From the NCBI GenBank assembly GCA_938091905.1, contig CALKOM010000024.1, positions 1 to 56,995 of the forward strand: a DNA stretch of 56,995 nucleotides, in the 5' to 3' direction. Shown here one piece after another: positions 10,321 through 20,983 of this stretch. The position numbers and the translations under genes were made by a program. Below the pieces are notes generated by a model. It made no database searches. It was not told where the DNA came from and worked only from the letters and a program-made list of their open reading frames with translations. Positions within the stretch are counted from its first letter, which is position 1; the number at the start of each line of letters is the position of its first letter. Source of the DNA: an uncultured Verrucomicrobiales bacterium. Lineage in GTDB: Bacteria > Verrucomicrobiota > Verrucomicrobiia > Verrucomicrobiales > DEV007.

Positions 10321-10889
10321 CGGAAGATGATCGCAGAACACATTGAAAGAAGCGAAACAATTGGCAATGGCGTATAGAATGCCGTCGCGGTGTTGGGCTC
10401 CTTGCCGTGAAGAATAACGCGCTTCTTGTGTGGATGAATCAAAGTCTTGAGACCGATAGCATTCTTGGTGATTCGTCCTCGCAACGTCTTGCCAAATAAT
10501 CTGGCCGCATGAGGGAACGGTGAGAAGGATCATCCATTGTGGCGACGGGTCCTGCGCGCCTCCCAATTTGAAAGAGTGTTTCGGGAGTAGGGTGAAGTGG
10601 TTGTATGCTGTAAAGGATCGGCTTCGTGGTTGGGCTTCAATCGCCTGCTACGATCGGTTGGTCGTTCAAAGCATGGCAACATGGGGAGCCGAACTTAGAT
10701 CAAGAAAGCTATTGTTGCGATGAACTGGCTTCCAAGGTCGAGTTGTGCTCTTGCCCTGATGGCTTGAAGTTTACCGTCAGTGGTGCCAGGATTTAGTGCC
10801 ACGGCAGATGAGATTCCGATTCGATTAAGAACGTTATCTGGGTTGTTACCGTGACAGGTTTTCACCAATACGATGGCCCAAAGGAGGCC

Positions 10890-12452
10890 TCATTCCTTTG
10901 CGGAATCTCTGGCTCTCTTTCTACCGCGCTGCTTCCCAGGGCTTATCGATTCTGGAGGTGTCAGTCCGTCGTCTGGCTGATCTGAAAAACGGTAGGGATC
11001 ATGGTGACGACGCATTTCGGCGAGGAGAAGCTGCTCCATTTCTCTACGCTTGCCGTCATGTGCAGGGTCTTCCGCCAAGTTTGTCTGTTTGGCATTCGGA
11101 ATGAACGATGTTAGTATTCTAACGCTTTCTGATTGGTGCTGCGGCAGGAGTTCGTCTGGATTCTCAGCAAGATTGAAGAGCTGGGTTTCGCTGACCTTGT
11201 CTTTGGTGGATTCGTATCGGATTAGCTTCCAGTTCCCCTTTTTTACACAACGGATTCCTGGCTTTGCTCCACCTGAGTAGGCGCCGTAGAGGACCTCTCG
11301 CGTGACGTCTTTTTCACCGATGAGTACGGATTTGAAGCTGTCACCTTCATTTGTCTTCGGCGCATCAATCGCGGCGAGATCGCAAAGCGTGGCGAGGACA
11401 TCAAGGAGGTAGACATTGCCCAGCGCGCGCGAACCAGGCTTGATGTCAGGGCCCTTGACGATCAATGGCACACGCCAAGTGTGCTCGTAGAGGTTCTGTT
11501 TCCCTTGGAGTCCATGGCGACCGATGGCCATGCCGTGGTCAGCCGTATAGACAATGTAGGTGTTGTCCAATTCGCCCATGGCTTCCAATTTTTCTAACAC
11601 ATAACCTATTTGAATATCAATATTTTCGCTACACGCGAACTCCCGGCCTAGCTCATTGCGGATGGTGGCTTCGTCACGATTTCCCCAGACACCTTTCACA
11701 CGTGTCTCATCGCGCACGTTGAGGTTGGTGTTATCAAACGGGTGGGCGGGAAGGTAACTCTTTGGGAGGGGAGGCTGTTTAGGATTGAGGGCAGGCTTGG
11801 TCTTGGGGTCGTTGTGGTTCACGGCCCCATACTTGGCGAGTAACTCAGGCTTCCCATTGCGGGTGTCATGTGGGTGTGAGAATCCGAAGTAGATCAAGAA
11901 TGGATCGGCATCTTTCGACGCTTCGCGTTCGTTGAGATAGTCGAGCACTTGCTTGCCGTGCCAACCACTGCCTGTCTCGTCCGTCTCGCCACGTTTGGTT
12001 GCATCGCGAACGATGGTAAACTTGGCGTTGGCTGCTGCGTAGCTGTTGCCTCTCTTACAAGTGCGCATGGTGTCATAGCCCGCTGCGTTGAACACGGCGG
12101 CCATGGTGTGGTCTGCTAGATCGGCTGGGACGTGTGTCGAACGAGCATTTTTTCTCCGTGGCAGATGCCAGAGTGTCCGGCCTGACATGACCATGTGGCG
12201 TGACGGCGTGCAGACAGCGCCGCTCCAGGAGCCCATATGATAGGCACCATCGAAGACCATGCCCTCTTTGGCCAAGCGATCGATCGCCGGTGTTTGCAGG
12301 GACGATTCGGGATCGTAGATTTTTAGATCGAAGGGCGATTGGTCATCAGCAATGATGAAGAGGATGTTAGGTCTTTCGGCTCCTGTAGCAGCGAGGAGAG
12401 CGCTTAGGGAACAGAGGAGATTCCAGATGTAGATTTTTCTTAGAATAAACAT
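10890..12452 (-). CDS. Sulfatase, secreted
   Basis: Signal peptide, RPNILFIIADD, CTPSR, HPHD, TADHG, GKQNLYE. Confidence 0.94.
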   Translation of the reverse strand: MFILRKIYIWNLLCSLSALLAATGAERPNILFIIADDQSPFDLKIYDPESSLQTPAIDRLAKEGMVFDGAYHMGSWSGAVCTPSRHMVMSGRTLWHLPRRKNARSTHVPADLADHTMAAVFNAAGYDTMRTCKRGNSYAAANAKFTIVRDATKRGETDETGSGWHGKQVLDYLNEREASKDADPFLIYFGFSHPHDTRNGKPELLAKYGAVNHNDPKTKPALNPKQPPLPKSYLPAHPFDNTNLNVRDETRVKGVWGNRDEATIRNELGREFACSENIDIQIGYVLEKLEAMGELDNTYIVYTADHGMAIGRHGLQGKQNLYEHTWRVPLIVKGPDIKPGSRALGNVYLLDVLATLCDLAAIDAPKTNEGDSFKSVLIGEKDVTREVLYGAYSGGAKPGIRCVKKGNWKLIRYESTKDKVSETQLFNLAENPDELLPQHQSESVRILTSFIPNAKQTNLAEDPAHDGKRREMEQLLLAEMRRHHDPYRFSDQPDDGLTPPESISPGKQRGRKRARDSAKE

Positions 12453-12613
12453 GTGTTTGTCTATGATCTCCAGTTTCGGTTTTCACTACCTACTTCTCTT
12501 GCTGATGGTATTCCCTCGTATTGTCTGCATAGGAAATGGCAACGCAGAAGAGGAGAACTACTGGGATGGTAGTTAATCTTACGTTGGATCTTGGGGTGCT
12601 GACCCAATTGGTC

Positions 12614-15600
12614 TTACTGCGCAGTCACCTTGAGACGTCCGTAGAGTGTTGGGGAATTGGCGCTGACAGGATTAACCGAGCGCATGACGACCGATTCCTG
12701 TGTGCCGTCAATCGCCGACTTCGACTGCGTGACGAGTCCGTCGCTTGCCCATGTTATTAAGTCTTTGCTAGTTTCTAGTGAAATGGTGGCGCCTGCAGTG
12801 TTGACCCGACTGACATACGTGACGGTGAAGAAAGTATCAATAGCTCCGTCCACTTCGAATTCGCCGGTTGAGGTGGTTAGGTATTCCCCGGGCGCATTGC
12901 CCTTCTTGGGATCGGTCGCCATGACATACTCGATGATGTTGGCCAACTGATCACTGTCATCATCAGCAAGGAGATCGGTGACGCCGTTCTCTGTCTGCCA
13001 TGCGCTCAATCCGCTAGGCTGTGGATTTCCTCCGCCGCCACTGATGGCAGCGCCGGCAGTCCAGTTGCCGCTATTGCTATAATTCTCGTCAATCTGGGAT
13101 GCTGACAGTTTCAGCGAGGATCCTTGGCCGTCGGCTTCTACTGGCCATGGTTCTTTATCGTTGTAACGAATGCTCACGAGTTCTTGGCCAGCGGCATCGG
13201 TGAGTGTGAGGCGCTCTCCGCTGTCATCCAGCTTGCCGCCGTATTCACCGATGACAGGATGGTCAGCGCCGTAGCGAGCCTCAAAGCCGGCTCGACTGCG
13301 TACGAGAATTGCGGTGGCTCCTGCTGCGAGAGTCTTCTCGGATAGGGTATCGAAATCAAAGCTGATTCCATTGGTGAATTGAATTCCAGCCAGGTCTGCC
13401 GGTTGATCGCCGGTGTTTGCTAGGATGATATATTCAAAGACACTGGCACTCGTGTAGCCGGCAGCGCGTTCGGCATCCGTTGGCGATGTGGGATGATACA
13501 TGATCTCTGTGATTCGGAGTTTGTCCGCTCCAACGGAAAAGGTGGCCTCATTGAGGGCAGACCATGTTATCCCGCCGAAGATGCTTTTGCTATAAAAGCG
13601 TGCCTTGACCGTCATGGTTTGGTCGATCGTGATTGGATCAGCGTATGCCACAGCACTATCGCTAATCTCGATTGCACCATTTTCATTGTAGGTAAATGGA
13701 TCCGAGCCATCGGTGGTGTAGAACATCTTGGAGGCGGGTTCCATCGTCAGTTGGAAGCCGCTGGATACGCTGCCGCCATGCTGATTGAATGCGGGAGGCA
13801 TCTTGCTTGGGAACAGGTCCCTATCTTCAAACTGTTGCAGAACGATTCCGGTCCGCTGAGTGAGATAAGTGTCTAACATCCACTCACGCTCGCCTCGCCA
13901 TTCTTCGATGGTGTGCGGAGTGCTGGAATTGTCATCACCCCAACGCGCGGTTTCCGCGTAGATGGCCATTTCGACTTCATCGGCGACCGACTGATAGAAA
14001 GGTCTGGTCTTCTCAGGTGATAAAATGCCTCCGTTATGAAACAGACGATGAGTGCGGTCTGCCCAGGCCACCTGAAACCACAGTAGATCTCTTAACGCGG
14101 CGTAGGGTTCTCCCACCCATTGGGTGTTGCGAGGCGAATTCATGTTGAGAGGAGAGCGGCTGCGATTGTTGCCCATCGTATTCTCAAAGTCCCACATGTA
14201 GTGCTTAAAGCCGGTACTCTCCTCGGTATTGAGGCGTCCGAACCAGAAGTTCTTGTTAGGCCAGTCCCAGTTGCCGCCCCAGAAATTCATGATCATATAG
14301 TCAATATAGTGGTCCTGATCGAGATACACTTTGAGATTAGGATTACGTGTTCCGTCAGGATTGAGTCCTTGTAGCGCCATGTAGTCAGCGTGGGTTTCGG
14401 CGCCTTTGGCATCGCGGACGTACTGTTGCCAGTCGCGTAGCCCGCTATTGTTAGGGTCGTTGCCATTCTCAGCTCCACCCGCGTTCTTCACGTCGCCGGA
14501 ATTTATAGAATCCCAATCACCGGCTTCGCCGCCATAGTAGGATGCCGAGAAATCTTCGTTTGGGCGCTGCGCTAGATTGTACAATCCCCAGTAGACGCCA
14601 TTGATGTAGAGATGCTGAAAGCCTCCTTGATTAGAATGATAACCTGCTTCGTGTGCCAAGCGCCGCCCAAATTCGTCACGGGTGTATTGAACCGTGGTTC
14701 CGGCAGCGCCCCAGGCATAGCCATCATTGGCCCCGGCACGAAAGATGATGGTATCAAAGTCTGAGACGGCACCTGGACGATTGACGATATCATGGCGAAG
14801 GCGCTCGACGCCGTATTCATTTTTGAAGAGCAATCGGAATGATTTCTTGTCCGTTAGGCTATAGTTGCGGAATGCTCCACCTTGAAGGCGCACACCGCAA
14901 TCGACTTGGAACTTGGAACTGCCGTCTGGGTTGATCCACTCAAAGGAGATCGGCCTTTCCCACTCAATGCCATGGCTGGTCGAATTCGTATAGATCCCCT
15001 TTGAACCGAAGAAGTCTGAGACATCTCCCACAAATGAAATCGTGGGAAGGAACCGGAGAGAGTCGATCATCTTGTCCGCATTGGGACCTGTAATCCGAGG
15101 ATCCATTTCATAGTCAGACCGATGGCTTCCCCATCTCTCGGGAAATCCGTCAGGCTGATCTGATTGATTCACGACATCGTTGTGAAAGATGTAGGTATGG
15201 GTGTCTGTGTTGGTGCTCTGCCAGCCGGATTTCTTGGCGATAGCCCTGACTACGGTGGTCGTCGGAATCGTTAAAGGCTCAGTGTATTCTTCAGCAGGAT
15301 TGAAGAGCGAACCTTTGGCAGGATCGGTGCCATCGATGGAGTAGAATATCGTCGCTCCGGCGGTTTCGGTCGTGATTTCCAACACGAAAGACTCATCGTA
15401 GAAGCCGCGGTTCACACTGAACTTCGTGTCAGCCACAAACCCGTCAATCCCACTTTCATTGGCTTCGCTTGGTGTGGCCTCTTGAAAAAACTGGAGTTCC
15501 TCGTTGAAGAAGCCGTAAGAAACGTCTCCGCGTTGCTCCGGGTAGGTGAACTCACTCAGGATGGTGCCATCTGGAGCGGAGAGGGCGAGATACTCACCAC

Positions 15601-15931
15601 CGCCATTGAGTTCGAAATTCGAGTGCAATTCACCGCTGGTGCGGTCTTTGTTAGATGCAAAGACGATCAGATAGCCTTTCGACTCAATCGTGACTTCCGG
15701 GAATGACCATTTCTGCAACATCTCTTGGTCATCGGTGAGCCCGTAACCTGCGAGCGCCACAGCAGCATCATCGGGATTGTAGATTTCAATCCAGTCGGGT
15801 GTGTCGCCATCGGCGTCGGCAGGAGCGTCGCTCCCGCTCGCCATGAATTCAGTAATGATGGGAGTCGCTTGAACTGCGGCCAGGGGAAGCATGAACGCAG
15901 TGAGCAGGGAAAGGTACGATTGAGGTTTCAT
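12614..15931 (-). CDS. Secreted lamin-tail domain / CotH kinase family protein
   Basis: Signal peptide; LTD (ITEFMA..DWIEIYNP); FN3-associated YSIDGTDP; CotH motifs HLYINGVYWGLYN, NWDWPNKN and MWDFE; second LTD (ITEIMYHP). Start at 15931 or 15940. Confidence 0.9.
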   Translation of the reverse strand: MKPQSYLSLLTAFMLPLAAVQATPIITEFMASGSDAPADADGDTPDWIEIYNPDDAAVALAGYGLTDDQEMLQKWSFPEVTIESKGYLIVFASNKDRTSGELHSNFELNGGGEYLALSAPDGTILSEFTYPEQRGDVSYGFFNEELQFFQEATPSEANESGIDGFVADTKFSVNRGFYDESFVLEITTETAGATIFYSIDGTDPAKGSLFNPAEEYTEPLTIPTTTVVRAIAKKSGWQSTNTDTHTYIFHNDVVNQSDQPDGFPERWGSHRSDYEMDPRITGPNADKMIDSLRFLPTISFVGDVSDFFGSKGIYTNSTSHGIEWERPISFEWINPDGSSKFQVDCGVRLQGGAFRNYSLTDKKSFRLLFKNEYGVERLRHDIVNRPGAVSDFDTIIFRAGANDGYAWGAAGTTVQYTRDEFGRRLAHEAGYHSNQGGFQHLYINGVYWGLYNLAQRPNEDFSASYYGGEAGDWDSINSGDVKNAGGAENGNDPNNSGLRDWQQYVRDAKGAETHADYMALQGLNPDGTRNPNLKVYLDQDHYIDYMIMNFWGGNWDWPNKNFWFGRLNTEESTGFKHYMWDFENTMGNNRSRSPLNMNSPRNTQWVGEPYAALRDLLWFQVAWADRTHRLFHNGGILSPEKTRPFYQSVADEVEMAIYAETARWGDDNSSTPHTIEEWRGEREWMLDTYLTQRTGIVLQQFEDRDLFPSKMPPAFNQHGGSVSSGFQLTMEPASKMFYTTDGSDPFTYNENGAIEISDSAVAYADPITIDQTMTVKARFYSKSIFGGITWSALNEATFSVGADKLRITEIMYHPTSPTDAERAAGYTSASVFEYIILANTGDQPADLAGIQFTNGISFDFDTLSEKTLAAGATAILVRSRAGFEARYGADHPVIGEYGGKLDDSGERLTLTDAAGQELVSIRYNDKEPWPVEADGQGSSLKLSASQIDENYSNSGNWTAGAAISGGGGNPQPSGLSAWQTENGVTDLLADDDSDQLANIIEYVMATDPKKGNAPGEYLTTSTGEFEVDGAIDTFFTVTYVSRVNTAGATISLETSKDLITWASDGLVTQSKSAIDGTQESVVMRSVNPVSANSPTLYGRLKVTAQ

Positions 15932-16139
15932 GAGAAACATGTTGGTTTGATTGAGGGCGAACGAAAGCAAATGATTGAAAAGTTAAACCGGGGAGCTGAG
16001 GCGCGGGTGCGGGGGGCATCAGCACACCTAGCCTTCAATACCCAATATATGGCTTTGGTTACCAAATTACTAGAGCCGTTTGCATTTGGATAAATGTCTC
16101 AGCGAGAAGAAAGAAACACTTGGGTGTCACCATCTGGCT

Positions 16140-17624
16140 CTAACGCTTCTTGAGGGGCGCTTTCTCTTTCGCTTTCCGGCGGCTCAGGTTTCTTTGATGG
16201 GGTGCCTGCAGTCGATCTTTGTCAATCAGCTTGCGGTCGTAGATTTCCCCGGGACGAATCGGGGAGTGCGCCGCCTCCGTGAGCTTGATTAGCTTCTTAA
16301 GCCGTTCGGGGTGATCTGCGGCGAGGTTGGTTTGTTCTTCGGCATCGGTGCTCAGGTTATACAATTCCCAGTCGCCCTTGTTGCGTCGATAGGCTTTCCA
16401 GTTCTGTTGCCGGACAGCCTTCTGACCCGCGTATTCCCAGTAGAGGTGATCGTGCTGGGCTTGCGCGCCGCCTTTGCCCGTCAGTGTTGGGAGAAAAGAA
16501 ATCCCATCGGTATTGGGGCACGTCGCCCTTGTTGCCTCAGCTAGGGTCGGCATCACGTCTGGATGGTATAGCAAATGGTCGCTGACAGACCCCGCATTGA
16601 TTCTGCCGGGCCAGCGGACGAGATAAGGCACTTTTAGACCGCCCTCATAGAGCGAACCTTTGCCCGCGCGAAATCGCTCACCGTTGGCAGGGTTTAGATT
16701 CGGGCCGAAGAATCCGTGAGGGCGTTCGTCGGACTTGAAGTAATCCTGCCCACCGTTGTCACCGCAGAGGAAGACAAGCGTCTTTTCATCCAATGTGAGC
16801 TCTTTCAGAAGCGCGATGATCTCTCCGAGTTGGTGGTCTACCATGTGCATATAGGCTGCATAGACCCGTGCATCACGATCGGTCTGTTGCCCGGCTTTCC
16901 ACGGTTTGTCTTTAAACAACTTCCAGGAGGGATCGTCTTCATCGATTCCCCAAAGCCCATGCGGTGGCGTCCATGGCAGGTAACAGAAGAAAGATCGGTC
17001 TTTGTTGGCTCGAATGAATCGGAGGGACTCCTGAAAGATTTCGGTCTGTGCGTGCGTGTCGCCTTCGTAGAAGCTCAAGCCGTCATTGCCAGCGAGCAGA
17101 ACCTCCTCGCTGTTTCGAATCAGATAGCTCGGATAGAACGTGTGGGCATGCACTTGGTCGTAGTAGCCGAAGAATTCATCAAAGCCATGCTTCTCCGGAA
17201 CGCCCGAGGTGCTGCGTCCACCAATGCCCCACTTCCCAAAGCCTCCTGTGGCGTAGCCCAGCGGTTTCAGCATGCTAGCCAAGGTGGGTTCATCCTCGCG
17301 GATCGGAGCAAAGCCGTTGTTCGAGCGGATCGACGTGTGGCCAGAATGCAATCCTGTTAGTAAGACGCACCGAGTCGGCCCGCAGACAGGCGCCCCGGCA
17401 TACGCATTGGTGAAACGCATGCCCTCGGCTGCAAATTGATCAATGTGAGGCGTGAGCAGATCAGGGTGGCCCATGTGGCCAGACTCGAAATACCCCCATT
17501 CATCCAGCATAAGATAAATGATGTTCGGTGGGGGTGCCGCCGAACGCGCTTGGTGAAGGACACCGAGCAGTGCGCACAGTGCTAGCAGGATTATTTCCTG
17601 CCTACTTGATTGGGGTGAGGTCAT
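16140..17624 (-). CDS. Sulfatase (arylsulfatase), secreted
   Basis: PNIIYLMLDEWGY, CGPTR, GKWG, GDNG, KGSLYEGG. Confidence 0.94.
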   Translation of the reverse strand: MTSPQSSRQEIILLALCALLGVLHQARSAAPPPNIIYLMLDEWGYFESGHMGHPDLLTPHIDQFAAEGMRFTNAYAGAPVCGPTRCVLLTGLHSGHTSIRSNNGFAPIREDEPTLASMLKPLGYATGGFGKWGIGGRSTSGVPEKHGFDEFFGYYDQVHAHTFYPSYLIRNSEEVLLAGNDGLSFYEGDTHAQTEIFQESLRFIRANKDRSFFCYLPWTPPHGLWGIDEDDPSWKLFKDKPWKAGQQTDRDARVYAAYMHMVDHQLGEIIALLKELTLDEKTLVFLCGDNGGQDYFKSDERPHGFFGPNLNPANGERFRAGKGSLYEGGLKVPYLVRWPGRINAGSVSDHLLYHPDVMPTLAEATRATCPNTDGISFLPTLTGKGGAQAQHDHLYWEYAGQKAVRQQNWKAYRRNKGDWELYNLSTDAEEQTNLAADHPERLKKLIKLTEAAHSPIRPGEIYDRKLIDKDRLQAPHQRNLSRRKAKEKAPLKKR

Positions 17625-17630
17625 TGGTGA

Positions 17631-19412
17631 CTACTCGAGCCAGTTGACGACGGTGTAGTAGGCACCCACTTCTCCATCCGTGAGTTTAAAGACGGGCGCG
17701 AGCGTGTAAGATCCCTTCTTAAGTTCGGCTTCGAACGAAACTTCAGCTGCATCTTGTGCAACGGGCTTGGTTTCCAAATCCTTGCCGTCAATGCGCAGCG
17801 TTCCATGGGTAGCATCGATCGCTTCCCCAGGAACGACGCGGAAGGCCTTGGAGGTGCCTGGCACGTTCTTTCCAGCAGGTAAAGAAGCGTTGATAGCGGC
17901 TCCTGATTCTGCTGGCCACCGGCGAAGGGAAATACGGTAATTGCCATCGCGCACGACTTTGACCGCCCAGTGCCCCATGTGCTTGGGATTGTCTTTCTCT
18001 TGTGACCGTTTAGCGCTGCGGATGGAGCCCTGATGCCAAGGCGGGTAGATCTTCTGGATCCAGTCGTGCGCTGTTAGAGTCACTTCGGGATGATCTGGGT
18101 GACCGAGGTAGATCTCCGTGGTCTGGGAGAAGGTGGGTTCAAGCTCGGCCCACCATTCCTCATAGAAGGCGCGCATCTTCGCGACAACTTCCGGGTGATC
18201 AGCGGCGATGTCGTTTCTCTGTCCGGGGTCAGCGGCGATCTCGTAGAGCTCCTCGCCCTTAATGAGCCGCCACTTCTTCGACATGACGGCAGAACCACGC
18301 CATTTGATAGGGGCACGCACACGCTGGGAGTCTGAAATAACGAAGCGATTCGGCCACAATACCTTCTCTTTGCTTGGATCGAGTAACTTTGCGATGGATA
18401 GGCCGTCGAACTTCACGGTCTCTGGCTTCTTTACTCCAGTCAGCTCTAACAACGTCGGAACGATGTCGACCATGTGTGTCAGTTCATTAACCTCGTGCTT
18501 CTTGTCCAGGCCGCCCGCAGGCCAGTGGACAAAGAAAGGGACTCGGTGGCCTCCGTCATACGGACTGCCTTTCCCCGCTTTCATGCCAGCGTTGTAGATC
18601 TTGGTGCCAGCGGCGGACCCGTTGTCGGTGGTGAAGATGAAGATGGTATCTTTTTCGATGCCTAGCGATTTCACCAATTCGCGTGTCTTGCCGATGTTAT
18701 CATCAATGTTAGTGATCATGCCATAGAATGCAGCGATCTTGTCAGATTGATCCTTGTACATGTCCAAATACTTCTGCGGCGTATGAAGAGGAGAATGAGG
18801 CGCGTTGAGCGAGATGTAGGCGAGGAAAGGCTTTTCGTCCTTGGCGCAGTTGGAGATGAAGGAGTTGGCCTGCTCGAAGAACACATCGGTGCAGAAACCT
18901 TTAGCGGGGACGATCTTTCCGTTGTGGAAATAGGAACCGTCGAAGTAGGCATTGTCCCAGACGTCTGGAGTCTGACCAACACCGCCACCGCCGTGCCGGT
19001 AAACCTCCGTGAAGCCGCGATCTTCCGGTCGGTAGGGGTAGTTGTCCCCGAGATGCCATTTGCCGAACATGCCAGTCTGGTAGCCACCATCCATAAACAT
19101 CTGGCCGATGGTGACCTCGTTCTCGCGAAGCATGGAGCGACCCATGATCGTATGCCAGACACCGGTACGGTTTGTCCAATGCCCCGTCAGGAGAGAGCAG
19201 CGGGTAGGCGAGCAGGTTGGTCCTACATGGTAATCACTCAAGCCGGAGGACTCGGAGGCAAGCTTATCGATATGAGGCGTTTTGATAATGGGGTTCCCCG
19301 TGCAGCCGAGGTCGCCGTATCCCTGATCATCAGTGATGACAAAGACGATATTGGTCGGGGCTGCTGCAAGGAGTCCTGCCGTGAGAATGTAGAAGAGAAA
19401 TGTTCGGGTCAT
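17631..19412 (-). CDS. Arylsulfatase with C-terminal extension, secreted
   Basis: NIVFVITDDQGYGD, CSPTR, GKWHLG, APHSP, TDNG. Confidence 0.95.
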   Translation of the reverse strand: MTRTFLFYILTAGLLAAAPTNIVFVITDDQGYGDLGCTGNPIIKTPHIDKLASESSGLSDYHVGPTCSPTRCSLLTGHWTNRTGVWHTIMGRSMLRENEVTIGQMFMDGGYQTGMFGKWHLGDNYPYRPEDRGFTEVYRHGGGGVGQTPDVWDNAYFDGSYFHNGKIVPAKGFCTDVFFEQANSFISNCAKDEKPFLAYISLNAPHSPLHTPQKYLDMYKDQSDKIAAFYGMITNIDDNIGKTRELVKSLGIEKDTIFIFTTDNGSAAGTKIYNAGMKAGKGSPYDGGHRVPFFVHWPAGGLDKKHEVNELTHMVDIVPTLLELTGVKKPETVKFDGLSIAKLLDPSKEKVLWPNRFVISDSQRVRAPIKWRGSAVMSKKWRLIKGEELYEIAADPGQRNDIAADHPEVVAKMRAFYEEWWAELEPTFSQTTEIYLGHPDHPEVTLTAHDWIQKIYPPWHQGSIRSAKRSQEKDNPKHMGHWAVKVVRDGNYRISLRRWPAESGAAINASLPAGKNVPGTSKAFRVVPGEAIDATHGTLRIDGKDLETKPVAQDAAEVSFEAELKKGSYTLAPVFKLTDGEVGAYYTVVNWLE

Positions 19413-19417
19413 GAAGG

Positions 19418-20983
19418 CTAGAGCTTAGGTTCTGAAGTATTCTTCTTGGTCAAGGATTTGAAGTGTTCGCTCGTGATCCACTCAAGGTCTTTCCAGTAGC
19501 CGGTGTCGTTTGGTTGGACTGGGCCTTCCGTGGTGCGTCCTCTGGTGATGATCTGGTTGATCTGTTGTGTCATGCGATCGACCACCTTCGGGTGCTGTTT
19601 GGCAACGTCTTTCTCCTCTGCCTTATCTTCGGCGAGTTGATAGAGTTCTGCGGGGCGTTCCTTACCAGGTAGGATCAGCTTCCAGTTACCCTCTGTGATG
19701 GCATAGCGGCGATTATTTCCGTGGTTGATCAGAGGCAAACGCTGATGCTTGTGGTTTGGGTCGCATAGCACAGCGGCGAAGCTTTGGCTGTCTTCTCCGG
19801 CATTCGCCGGCAATGAGGCCTCGACTAATTCGGCAAAGGTCGCTAACAGATCCACTTGCCCAACCGCACGGTCACACTGTCGCGAAGGTTCCACGATTCC
19901 ATCGGGCCAGCGTAGGAGCATGGGAACACGGTGCCCGCCTTCATAGACGGACCGTTTGCCTTCTCGATAGCCGCCTCTGCTGTCATGCGCATGAGTTTTA
20001 AGGCTTTGCTTCCAGCGATTCTCAGGACCGTTGTCACTGGTGAAGACGATCAGGGTATTCTGATCGAGTTTCTTTGTTTCAAGGAAATTTAAGATCCTCC
20101 CCACGTGGTGATCGGTCTCAATCAGGAATTCACCATAAGCGCCGCATTTGCCTTGCCCATGAAACTCGGGCAGCGGGCAGACGGGATAGTGTGGCGACGT
20201 GTAAGGGAGATAGAGAAAGAATGGCTTTCCATTCTTCGCCTCGGCGGCCTTGCTGTTCATCCACTCGATTGCTTTGTCCGTGAAGCGGGTGAGGCATTGG
20301 TTATCGATAAAGTCGGGCGCGATCTCGAAGCCTTCACGGTTAAGTGCTTTCTGGGTCTCTGCTGGTGCCGCGTCATAGGGCGGCATGATACGATAGTCTG
20401 ACGCTCGTTTGTTCGGCTTCTTATTGGAGTAGAGGGTTGGTGGGACTGCGGCGTGCCTGCCTTCGAACCATGCTAGAATGCCATAATTCAATGAGGCTGG
20501 GATGCCGTAGAAGTAGTCAAACCCCTTGTCCAACGGCATGTCCTGGACGGGTTGAGACCAGTCACGGTTCTCGGGAGTTCCCGGGAAATCCATGCCGAGG
20601 TGCCACTTGCCGACCATGGCTGTGTGGTAGCCTTGGTCATGTAAGAGCGATGCTAGAGTTGTGCGGCCGTCTGAAATCAAGCACGCTTTCTCCGCACCAA
20701 ACACGCCCGTCTTCAGATGGGTTCGCCATGCGTATCGACCTGTAAGCAAGCCATAGCGAGAAGGCGTGCAGACAGAGTCTGAGCTGTGGGCGTTGGTGAA
20801 CGAGATGCCTTCTTTGGCCAAACGATCCAAGTTGGGTGTTTGGAACTTAGCGTCGGGGTTCAACGCAGAGACATCACCGTAGCCTTGGTCATCCGTGTAG
20901 ATCACGACGATGTTAGGTTTGGCCGCGAACGCCACCGGCGATGCTAGGATGATCGCGAGGCCAATGGAGAGTAGGTGTTTCAT
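19418..20983 (-). CDS. Arylsulfatase, secreted
   Basis: Signal peptide MKHLLSIGLAIILASPVAFA, DDQGYGD, CTPSR, GKWHLG. ATGA overlap with the upstream sulfatase. Confidence 0.95.
   Translation of the reverse strand: MKHLLSIGLAIILASPVAFAAKPNIVVIYTDDQGYGDVSALNPDAKFQTPNLDRLAKEGISFTNAHSSDSVCTPSRYGLLTGRYAWRTHLKTGVFGAEKACLISDGRTTLASLLHDQGYHTAMVGKWHLGMDFPGTPENRDWSQPVQDMPLDKGFDYFYGIPASLNYGILAWFEGRHAAVPPTLYSNKKPNKRASDYRIMPPYDAAPAETQKALNREGFEIAPDFIDNQCLTRFTDKAIEWMNSKAAEAKNGKPFFLYLPYTSPHYPVCPLPEFHGQGKCGAYGEFLIETDHHVGRILNFLETKKLDQNTLIVFTSDNGPENRWKQSLKTHAHDSRGGYREGKRSVYEGGHRVPMLLRWPDGIVEPSRQCDRAVGQVDLLATFAELVEASLPANAGEDSQSFAAVLCDPNHKHQRLPLINHGNNRRYAITEGNWKLILPGKERPAELYQLAEDKAEEKDVAKQHPKVVDRMTQQINQIITRGRTTEGPVQPNDTGYWKDLEWITSEHFKSLTKKNTSEPKL

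Noticed and set aside
10321..10889. 570-bp gap and the 82-codon upstream extension of the sulfatase ORF
   Set aside because: No recognisable protein or RNA motif; the true signal peptide begins at 10320.
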